From assembly GCA_041496385.1 (NCBI GenBank), contig JBGQEL010000109.1, positions 1 through 14,659 on the forward strand: 14,659 bases of DNA, written 5' to 3'. Below the pieces are notes generated by a model that worked only from the letters and a program-made list of their open reading frames with translations, was not told the origin of the DNA and searched no databases. A program made the position numbers and the translations under genes. Source of the DNA: Candidatus Methylomirabilia bacterium. Its GTDB lineage: Bacteria > Methylomirabilota > Methylomirabilia > Rokubacteriales > CSP1-6. Within the stretch, counting starts at the first letter, position 1. Each line of letters begins with the position of its first letter. Of this stretch, positions 1 through 7,204 are shown in pieces.

Positions 1-1325
1 ACCGCAGCCCGGTCACGTATTTCGGGCCCGTGACTCATGATCGCTGCCTTGCCGTCGTCGCCCGGTCCGACGTCTTCGTGAGGCCGTCCCTGGCCGACGG
101 CGACGCCGTCTCGGTGCGCGAAGCCGTGGCCCTCGGCGTTCGCGTCGTGGCCAGCGACGTCGTCCCGCGTCCCGGCGAAGTTACGCTGTTCCGGACGGGA
201 GACAGCGGGGACCTGGCCGCGCGCCTGGACGCGGTGCTCGATGCGCGGAATACGCGGCCTGCCTCGGCCGATGCGCCGGAGTTCGGCGCGCCGATCCTGT
301 CCGTCTACGAGCGGGTGACTGCCCCGACGACGGGAACGACGCGCCTCGCCCTCGTCGAATCGACACGGCGGGGGGCGCGAAGCTTGGCGCGCGAGCTCGT
401 CCAGTTCAGAGTCGAGTATCCGATCGAGATCGTCACGGACGCCGCGCGCCCCGACGCGCTGCGCTATCACGTCTACCATGAGTCGCTCTTTCTCGATGAC
501 CAGATCCTCGACGCGGGCGGCGTTCCCCAGAAGGTCTACCGGCTGCTCGGTGCCCAGTACAATCCGCTCTTCGTCGCGTGGTGGGGGCTCCATCACCTGG
601 AGCGCGCCGCACGCCAACCCGATGGCGGCCACCTCGACGTGTTCCTGACGCAGCTCGCGTGGCTGAAAGCCAACGCGGTCGTTCGGGGTGACGGCGCGAT
701 CGTCTGGCCGTGCTACTTCGACTGGCAGGAGGGGCGGGCTCGGCTGCGCGCGCCATGGATCTCGGCGATGTATCAGGGCGTCGTCATCAGCGCGCTCGTG
801 CGCGGGTACCGGGTCACGGGAGACGTGAAGCTCCTCGACCTGGCGCTCGGCGGGACCCGCGTGTTCGAGCTGGACGTCGACGGGGGCGGTGTGCGGTCGC
901 GGGCCGACGGCCGGACCCTCTACGAGGAGTACCCGGCGTTCCCCCTTCCACGGGTCCTGGACGGCTTCCTCTTTTCCCTCCTGGGGCTGTACGATCTATC
1001 GGTGCAGACAAACGATCCCGGTGTCCGGCGGCTGTTCGACGAGGGCCTCGAGGGGCTCGTCGCCCACCTCTCGTGGTGGGACTATCGGGGAAAGTGGAGC
1101 TGGTACGGCTCGCACCGCTATCTCTGCCCGCCCCACTATCACGCGTTGAACCGTACGCTCCTGTCGATCCTGCATCGCGTGACGGGCGGGCGCGCGCTCG
1201 GGGAGGCAGCCCAGCGGTGGGCCCCCGAGAACCTGTCGCGCCGCGACAGGGTGGAGGTGTTTCTCGCGTTCGCCGCGACGAAGAACTGGGCCCGGGTACG
1301 TCTGCCCAACCAGCGGGGCGGGTGA
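1..1325 (+). CDS. 5'-truncated fusion protein: C-terminal half of a GT4 (GT-B) glycosyltransferase joined to a D-glucuronyl C5-epimerase C-terminal-like domain
   Basis: The frame is open from the window edge (codons from nt 3: RSPVTYFGPVTHDRCL...), so GTG at 30 is not the real start. GT4 nucleotide-binding motifs: SDVFVRPSLADGDAVSVREAVALGVRVVASDV and terminal helix ILSVYERV. After a linker come WISAMYQGVVISALVRGY, LYEEYP..PRVLDGFLFSLLGLYDL, WSWYG and HYH, matching the heparan-sulfate C5-epimerase (GLCE) C-terminal motifs. Stop TGA at 1323-1325. Confidence 0.85.
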   Translation, partial: RSPVTYFGPVTHDRCLAVVARSDVFVRPSLADGDAVSVREAVALGVRVVASDVVPRPGEVTLFRTGDSGDLAARLDAVLDARNTRPASADAPEFGAPILSVYERVTAPTTGTTRLALVESTRRGARSLARELVQFRVEYPIEIVTDAARPDALRYHVYHESLFLDDQILDAGGVPQKVYRLLGAQYNPLFVAWWGLHHLERAARQPDGGHLDVFLTQLAWLKANAVVRGDGAIVWPCYFDWQEGRARLRAPWISAMYQGVVISALVRGYRVTGDVKLLDLALGGTRVFELDVDGGGVRSRADGRTLYEEYPAFPLPRVLDGFLFSLLGLYDLSVQTNDPGVRRLFDEGLEGLVAHLSWWDYRGKWSWYGSHRYLCPPHYHALNRTLLSILHRVTGGRALGEAAQRWAPENLSRRDRVEVFLAFAATKNWARVRLPNQRGG

Positions 1326-1331
1326 GCGGCC

Positions 1332-3227
1332 ATGTGTGGTATCTGCGGCGCCGTTCGACTGCAGGCCCCAGGACCCATCTCCGAGGCGGCGATCGTCGCG
1401 ATGCGCGACACGATGCCTCATCGGGGCCCGGACGACGAGGGCGTCTACCTCGCGCCGGGCGTGGGACTCGGCCATCGCCGGCTGTCGATCATCGATCTTT
1501 CCGGCGGGCGGCAGCCGATGTCGAACGCCGACGAGTCGCTATGCGTGACGTTCGTCGGGGAGATCTACAACTTCCGCGAGCTCCGGGGGGTTCTCGAGGC
1601 CCGAGGATACGTCTTCCGCACCAAGTCGGACACGGAGGTCATCCTCCACGCCTACGCGGAGTTCGGCGAGCGCTGCGTCGAGCACCTCCGCGGGATGTTC
1701 GCCTTCGGCCTGTGGGACGCACGCCGCCGCCAGCTCTTCGTCGCGCGCGACCGGGTCGGGATCAAGCCCCTCTACTACACGATCGTGGACGGCACACTCC
1801 TCTTCGCGTCGGAGATCAAGGCGCTGCTCGGCTGGCCGGGGGTGCGGCGCGAGGTGGACGAAACGGCGCTTGGGGCCTACCTGCGCTATCGGTACGTGCC
1901 CGGGCCCCGGACGATGTTCCGCGGCATCTCGAAGCTCCAGCCCGGCCGGACGCTGAGCGTCAAGGACGGGGTGGTGACGGAGCGACAATACTGGGACGTA
2001 CCGCTGGGCGAGGAAGCGTCGGAGGCGGGGTCGAAGGACCGCCTGCTGGAGCTCTTCCAGGAGAGCGTCAGGCTGCGCCTCATCAGCGACGTGCCGCTGG
2101 GAGTCTTCTTGAGCGGGGGCCTCGACTCGAGCGCGGTCACGGCGATGATGGCGTCGGTCACCGACCAGCCGATCCAGACGTTCAGTGTGGGCTATCCGGA
2201 CGGCGCGGCGGGCAGCGAGGTGACGGAGTTCGAGTTCGCCAGGCTCGTCGCCACACGCTTCAAGACCGATCACCATGAGGTGGCGCTCGACGCGAGCACC
2301 TTCTGGGCGGCCTTGCCCAAGCTCATCTGGCACTTCGACGAACCGGTCGCGGACTCGGCGGCGATCCCGCTGTATTTCCTGTCGCGTTTCGCACGGCAGT
2401 TCGTGACCGTGGCCCTGTCCGGCGAGGGCGCCGATGAGGTCATGGGCGGATACGCGATGTACCGGAAGATGCTTCTTCTGGAGCGGCTGCGCCGCCTTCC
2501 GTTCGCCTCGCGGATCGCCGGCGTCATAGAACCGCACGCGGGCCGACGGACGCAGCGGTATCTTCGCCGTCTCACGCGGCCGCTCAGGAGTCAGTATCGC
2601 GGCGTCTCGGCGCTCTTCGCCGAGGAGGAAGCGGTGAGCCTGCTGCGTCCGGAGCTGCGCGGACGCGCACGCTGGGACGACCAGGAGGACGCATACTTCG
2701 ACCGGGTTGCCGGCTTGGACCCGCTCAGCCAGATGCTCTACTTCGACCTGAAAGTCTGGCTGCCCGACGACCTCCTTGTGAAGGCCGACAAGATGACGAT
2801 GGCGACCTCGGTGGAGCTGCGCGTGCCCTTCCTCGATCACCGGCTCGTCGAGTGGCTCTGGCGCGTGCCCGCTTCGTCCAAGCTGCGGGGGCGCACCGGC
2901 AAGTGGCTCCTGCGCGACGCGATGCGCGACCTGCTGCCTGCGCCGATCCTCGAGCGCAAGAAGCTCGGCTTCCCGGTGCCGATCCACGGGTGGTTCCAGG
3001 GCGGGCTCGCCAAGGCCGCCCGCGAGCTGCTGCTGGACCCGTGCGGCGCGAGCGCGAGGTTCTTCGAGCCCGCGCGGATCGCGGCGCTGCTCGCGCGCCA
3101 CGAGCGGGGAGGCGAGGATCTCAGCGGCGAGATCTACGCGCTCCTCGTCTTCGCGATCTGGCACCGGATCTTCATCGAGCCCTCCGTGGTGTCGACGTCG
3201 GCGCCGACGGAGATGAGGCTGGCATGA
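1332..3227 (+). CDS. asnB: AsnB-family (asparagine synthase-like) class II glutamine amidotransferase, probably amidating a polysaccharide uronate
   Basis: 631 aa. N-terminal nucleophile MCGICG, HRGPD, LGHRRLSIID, GRQPM, RDRVGIKPLYY, PP-loop LSGGLDSS, SGEGADE.GGY, ELRVPFLDH, KKLGFP. The substrate is inferred from the EPS context. Confidence 0.93.
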   Translation: MCGICGAVRLQAPGPISEAAIVAMRDTMPHRGPDDEGVYLAPGVGLGHRRLSIIDLSGGRQPMSNADESLCVTFVGEIYNFRELRGVLEARGYVFRTKSDTEVILHAYAEFGERCVEHLRGMFAFGLWDARRRQLFVARDRVGIKPLYYTIVDGTLLFASEIKALLGWPGVRREVDETALGAYLRYRYVPGPRTMFRGISKLQPGRTLSVKDGVVTERQYWDVPLGEEASEAGSKDRLLELFQESVRLRLISDVPLGVFLSGGLDSSAVTAMMASVTDQPIQTFSVGYPDGAAGSEVTEFEFARLVATRFKTDHHEVALDASTFWAALPKLIWHFDEPVADSAAIPLYFLSRFARQFVTVALSGEGADEVMGGYAMYRKMLLLERLRRLPFASRIAGVIEPHAGRRTQRYLRRLTRPLRSQYRGVSALFAEEEAVSLLRPELRGRARWDDQEDAYFDRVAGLDPLSQMLYFDLKVWLPDDLLVKADKMTMATSVELRVPFLDHRLVEWLWRVPASSKLRGRTGKWLLRDAMRDLLPAPILERKKLGFPVPIHGWFQGGLAKAARELLLDPCGASARFFEPARIAALLARHERGGEDLSGEIYALLVFAIWHRIFIEPSVVSTSAPTEMRLA

Positions 3228-4414
3228 CGCTCGGCGGCACCGACGTGGCGCGGACGGCCCCGATGCTCGAGGGGGAGTCGATCATCTGCTTCGCGCACGA
3301 CTGGGGAGGGGATCCGACCAGCAAGACGCATATCATGCGGATCCTGTCCAAGAAGAACCGGGTCCTGTGGGTCAACTCGATCGGCATGCGCCGGCCCGCG
3401 GCGACCGGGCGCGACCTTCGCCGGATCCTGACGAAGCTGCGCCGCAGCTTTGCCGGCTGCGTCGAGGTGGAGCCGAACATCTTCGTCGTGAACCCGCTCG
3501 TGCTGCCGCTGCCGGGTGTCCGTTGGGCCGATCGCTTGAACTCCGAGATCCTCGTGGCCTGGCTCCGGGCGGCCACGCGGCGCGCACGGCTCTCGCGACC
3601 CATCCTGTGGACCTTTCTGCCGAACGTCGGCCGCCTGGTCGGGAGGCTGGGCGAGCGGATGGTGATCTATCACTGTGTCGACGAGTATTCGGCGTTCTCG
3701 GGCGTCCCGCGCGAGGCGCTGATCCGGATGGAGCAGGATCTCGCGCGCCGGGCGGACATCGTCTTCACCTCCTCGCAGCAGCTGTGCGACGAGCGGCGCG
3801 GTCTGAATCCCAACACCCACTTCGTCTCGCACGGCGTGGACGTCCCGCACTTCGCCACGGCGCTGGACTCTGGCACGACGGTGCCCGACGAGCTGCGCGG
3901 CCTGCCGCGCCCCATCGTGGGATTCTTCGGGCTCCTGGCGGACTGGGTCGATCTCGATCTCGTACGCGCGGTGGCGAAGGCGCGGCCGCAGTGGTCGGTC
4001 GTGCTCGTCGGCAAAGCGACGACGGATCTCGATGCCGTGAAGGGGCTGCCGAACGTTCACCTGACGGGCCAGAAGCCCTACGAGGCGCTGCCGAGGTACT
4101 GCCGGGCCTTCGATGTTGGCATCATCCCGTTCCGGATCAACGCGCTCACGGTGCGGGCGAATCCCCTGAAGCTGCGTGAGTACCTGGCCGCGGGCCTGCC
4201 GGTGGTGTCGACGACGCTCCCGGAAGTGGCCCGGTACGACGGGCTCGCGCTGCTCGCCGACGAGCCGACGGCGTTCGTCGCGGCGATCGAGCGCGCGCTC
4301 GTGACGAGATCCCGGGAGGCCGACGATCGGCGCGTGGCGGCCATGCGTGGGGAGTCGTGGCACGCGCGGGTCGAGGAGCTGTCGCAGCTGATCCTGGGCA
4401 GGAGCGCGCGATGA
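3224..4414 (+). CDS. GT-B/GT4-like glycosyltransferase (TuaH-like)
   Basis: Likely start is ATG 3224, overlapping the asnB stop (ATGA) with GAGG upstream, giving 396 aa. The ORF-track extension to 2852 lies inside asnB. Motifs: VIYHCVDEYSAF, ADIVFTSS, HGVD..HF, VGFFG...DWVD, FDVGIIPF, NPLKLREYLAAGLPVVST. Confidence 0.88.
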   Translation: MTLGGTDVARTAPMLEGESIICFAHDWGGDPTSKTHIMRILSKKNRVLWVNSIGMRRPAATGRDLRRILTKLRRSFAGCVEVEPNIFVVNPLVLPLPGVRWADRLNSEILVAWLRAATRRARLSRPILWTFLPNVGRLVGRLGERMVIYHCVDEYSAFSGVPREALIRMEQDLARRADIVFTSSQQLCDERRGLNPNTHFVSHGVDVPHFATALDSGTTVPDELRGLPRPIVGFFGLLADWVDLDLVRAVAKARPQWSVVLVGKATTDLDAVKGLPNVHLTGQKPYEALPRYCRAFDVGIIPFRINALTVRANPLKLREYLAAGLPVVSTTLPEVARYDGLALLADEPTAFVAAIERALVTRSREADDRRVAAMRGESWHARVEELSQLILGRSAR

Positions 4415-5535
4415 TCTGGGCGCTGCTCTTCTGGGTGGGCGCCGCGGTCGTCTTCGTGTCCTACGTCGGCTATGGCGCCTGGGTCGCCGGCCTGGCGCGG
4501 ATCCGCCCGCGACGCAGCCTCGCGCGGTACCGCGCCGACGACGCGCTGCCGCGCGTGACGTGCGTGATGGCCGCGGCCAATGAGGCGGCGCGCATCGAGG
4601 GCAAGCTGGAGGCGCTCGCCCAGCAGGACTATCCGACGGACAAGCTCGCGATCATCGTGGTCAGCGACGCCTCGACGGACGGCACCGACGAGCGCGTCGC
4701 GGACCGGGCGGCCCGCGATTCGCGGATCCGGCTGCTGCGGACGTCCGAGCGGCGCGGCAAGCCGACGGCGCTCAACCTTGCGCGACCCGAGATCGTGACG
4801 GAGATCGCCGTGTTCATGGATGTCCGCCAGGGGCTGACGAAGCGGACGATTCGGGAGCTGGTGGCGCATCTCGAGGATCCCGACGTGGGCGTCGTGTCGG
4901 GCGACCTCCGGGTCGCGGGTGATGCCTACTGGACCTATGAGGGCTACGTGCGGAAGTGTGAGTCGCGCTCGGGATCGATGGTCCAGGTGACGGGCTCGCT
5001 CTACGCGATCAGGACGCGGGACATTCCGGTGATCCCCGCCGATACGATCCTCGACGACGTGTACGTGCCGCTGCGCGTGGCCATGACCGGCCGACGCATC
5101 GTGATGGCCGAGGAGGCGGGCAGCCTGGACGTCGTCACGCGCTCGGTCGGCAGCGAGTTCATCCGTAAGGTGCGGACGCTCGCCGGACTGATCCAGATCT
5201 GCCACAGCGTGCCGGGATGCCTGCGTCCAGGGACCAACCCCGTGTGGGGGCGCTTCGTGATCCACAAGCTTTCCCGCCTGGCGTGCCCGTACGGCCTGTT
5301 CCTCGTCGCGGCGGGCTCCTGGATGGCCGACGGGCTGATGTATCGGGCCGCGCTCGTCGCGATGCTGGCGGTGGGCGCGCTGGCGCTCGCCAGGAAGCTC
5401 GGCGTGCGCTCCCGCCTGACGTCGCTCAGCCAGGCGCTAGTCGCGCTGAACGTCGCGGCCTTGTCGGCGTTGCCAGCGTACTACTTCGGGTGGGCCTCCG
5501 TGACCTGGGCCCGGGTGGAGGTCGATCGGTCGTGA
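4411..5535 (+). CDS. GT2 glycosyltransferase, membrane-anchored (CESA-like/PgaC-like subfamily)
   Basis: ATG 4411 in an ATGA overlap, AGGAG at 4400-4404, 374 aa. N-terminal TM helix, AAANE, VSDASTDGT, GKPTALN, FMDVRQ, YWTYE, TGSLYAIR, ILDD, EFIRKVRT, HKLSRLACPY and C-terminal hydrophobic helices. Confidence 0.88.
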   Translation: MIWALLFWVGAAVVFVSYVGYGAWVAGLARIRPRRSLARYRADDALPRVTCVMAAANEAARIEGKLEALAQQDYPTDKLAIIVVSDASTDGTDERVADRAARDSRIRLLRTSERRGKPTALNLARPEIVTEIAVFMDVRQGLTKRTIRELVAHLEDPDVGVVSGDLRVAGDAYWTYEGYVRKCESRSGSMVQVTGSLYAIRTRDIPVIPADTILDDVYVPLRVAMTGRRIVMAEEAGSLDVVTRSVGSEFIRKVRTLAGLIQICHSVPGCLRPGTNPVWGRFVIHKLSRLACPYGLFLVAAGSWMADGLMYRAALVAMLAVGALALARKLGVRSRLTSLSQALVALNVAALSALPAYYFGWASVTWARVEVDRS

Positions 5536-6329
5536 GCGACGGACGGCTGCGCATCCACATCGTCACCGAGGAAGACCCGTTCTATCTGCCGGAGTTCTTT
5601 CGCGAGTTCTTCGCCAATCTGGCCACGGACGAGTTCGTCGTGACCGGCGTCGATGTGACGCCCCCTCTCAACCAGAAGACGCCCCTCGCCCTGGCGAAGA
5701 AGCTGCACGGGCTGTACGGGTCGTTCGACTTTCTGCGGCTGTGCCTGCGCTATGGCGTGGCGAAGGTGAAGGACGTGACGCTCCCGACGACCGCCTGGCT
5801 CGGGACGACGGCACGCGTCGCCGCCCGGTTCGGCGTGCCGTCGAGCGTAGTGCCCAACGTGAACGCCCCGGAGTATGTCGGGCGTCTCCGTGAGCTCGGC
5901 ATCGACCTCCTGATCTCGGTCGCCGCCTCGCAGATCTTCCGGAAGGACCTTCTCTCGGTGCCGCGGCTCGACGCCATCAACATCCACACCGGCACCTTGC
6001 CCCAGTATCGGGGGATGCTTCCGGTCTTCTGGCAGATGTACGACGGGCAGGCGGAGATCGGGATCACCATCCACACGATGACCACGGAGATCGATCTCGG
6101 CGAGATCCTCTTGCAGCGGCGGGTGCCGCTCGCCGGTCGGAGCAGCCTCGACGCGGTCATTCGCGAGATGAAGCGGCAGGGCGCGCGCACCATGCTGGAG
6201 ATCCTCCAGCGCTACCGGACCGGCACGGTGGATCGGACCCCCATGGACCGCTCGCGGGAAGGCTATCGAAGTTTCCCGGACCGAACCACGTCCCTGGCGT
6301 TTCGACGGAAGGGGTACCGCCTCCTATGA
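5532..6329 (+). CDS. Formyltransferase family protein (Formyl_trans_N domain only), probable sugar/glycan N-formyltransferase
   Basis: GTG 5532 in a GTGA overlap, GGAGGT at 5517-5522, 265 aa. DLLISVAASQIF, AINIHTGTLPQYRG (catalytic Asn/His), GITIH...IDLGEIL (catalytic Asp). It lacks the C-terminal tRNA-binding domain of Fmt. Confidence 0.85.
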   Translation: MSDGRLRIHIVTEEDPFYLPEFFREFFANLATDEFVVTGVDVTPPLNQKTPLALAKKLHGLYGSFDFLRLCLRYGVAKVKDVTLPTTAWLGTTARVAARFGVPSSVVPNVNAPEYVGRLRELGIDLLISVAASQIFRKDLLSVPRLDAINIHTGTLPQYRGMLPVFWQMYDGQAEIGITIHTMTTEIDLGEILLQRRVPLAGRSSLDAVIREMKRQGARTMLEILQRYRTGTVDRTPMDRSREGYRSFPDRTTSLAFRRKGYRLL

Positions 6330-7201
6330 CCCCGTGCATGCTGACCTTTGATATCGAAGAGTGGTTCCAGGTGGAGAACTTGCGACCTGTGTTTCCGCCG
6401 GAACGCTGGGACTCGCTGCCCAGGCGCGCCGCGTCCTCGACGCGCCGCATTCTGGATCTCCTCGAGGAACACCGGGTGAGAGCGACCTTCTTCGTCCTCG
6501 GGTGGGTGGCGGAGCGCGAGCCCGAGCTCGTCCGGGAGATCGTTCGGGCCGGACACGAGATCGCCTGCCACGGATACGGGCACGTCCTCCCGATGCGGTT
6601 GACGATGACGCAGTTTCGTGACGACGTGGTTCGAGCCCGCGCCTTGCTCGAATCGATCGCCGGCCAGACGGTGACGGGCTACCGCGCGCCGTCGTTCAGC
6701 ATCGACGGCGAGCGCCTGGCGGCGCTGGAACGCCTCGGATTCAGCTACGACTCGAGCTACAACCCGTTCGGGCTGAATGACCGGTACGGGAACCTTCCGC
6801 ACCTCGGGCACCCGATCGTCCCGGGTGTCTACCGCCTCGGCGAGGAGATGATCGAGGTGTCGTTGCCGGTGGCACAGATCGGAGGGTTCCCGCTTCACAT
6901 TTCGGGCGGGGGCTATTTCCGCCTCTATCCGGCGCCAATCTTCCGTGGCTTCGTTCGGCGCGCGCTCGCGCGGCGCGGACACTACGAGATGTACCTGCAC
7001 TCCTGGGAGTTCGATCCCGAGCAGCCACGGGTAAGGACCTTGGGCGCGATTGCGACCTTCCGCCACTATTTCAATCTGTCACGGACTCTGCCGAGGGTGC
7101 GGGCGTTGGTGCGGATGGTGTCGGACCTGGGCGCACCGTTCCTCACGGTCGGGGACTTCGCGCGTCAGATGCTCGCGTTGTCCCCCCGGGCGTCGGCCTG
7201 A
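6326..7201 (+). CDS. Polysaccharide deacetylase (CE4), PEP-CTERM/XrtA-system type with DUF3473-like C-terminus
   Basis: 291 aa, ATGA overlap. TFDIEEWFQV, ATFFVLGWVAE, HEIACHGYGH, GYRAPSFSI, YDSS, GGGYFRLYP, YLHSWEFDPEQPR. No signal peptide. Confidence 0.92.
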   Translation: MTPCMLTFDIEEWFQVENLRPVFPPERWDSLPRRAASSTRRILDLLEEHRVRATFFVLGWVAEREPELVREIVRAGHEIACHGYGHVLPMRLTMTQFRDDVVRARALLESIAGQTVTGYRAPSFSIDGERLAALERLGFSYDSSYNPFGLNDRYGNLPHLGHPIVPGVYRLGEEMIEVSLPVAQIGGFPLHISGGGYFRLYPAPIFRGFVRRALARRGHYEMYLHSWEFDPEQPRVRTLGAIATFRHYFNLSRTLPRVRALVRMVSDLGAPFLTVGDFARQMLALSPRASA

Positions 7202-7204
7202 CGC

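Noticed and set aside
2852..3223. N-terminal extensions in the ORF track (starts at 2852, 4357, 5217 and 11635)
   Set aside because: They lie inside the upstream genes. Better starts with SD motifs and 4-nt stop/start overlaps exist at 3224, 4411, 5532 and 11956.
1332..3227. AsnB homologue as a lasso-peptide cyclase or housekeeping asparagine synthetase
   Set aside because: No precursor peptide, B protein or RRE gene is nearby and the Ntn Cys is retained. The EPS context favours glycan amidation.
3871..3885. Sigma-54-like TGGCACGACGGTGC, plus other TGGCAC/TGGCAT hits on the + strand
   Set aside because: Spacing here is GG-N9-GC rather than the required GG-N10-GC, the other hits I checked also fail the spacing, and all are intragenic.
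5532..6329. Annotation as methionyl-tRNA formyltransferase (fmt) or PurN
   Set aside because: It lacks the Fmt C-terminal domain and the characteristic Fmt/PurN N-termini, and it sits among glycan genes.
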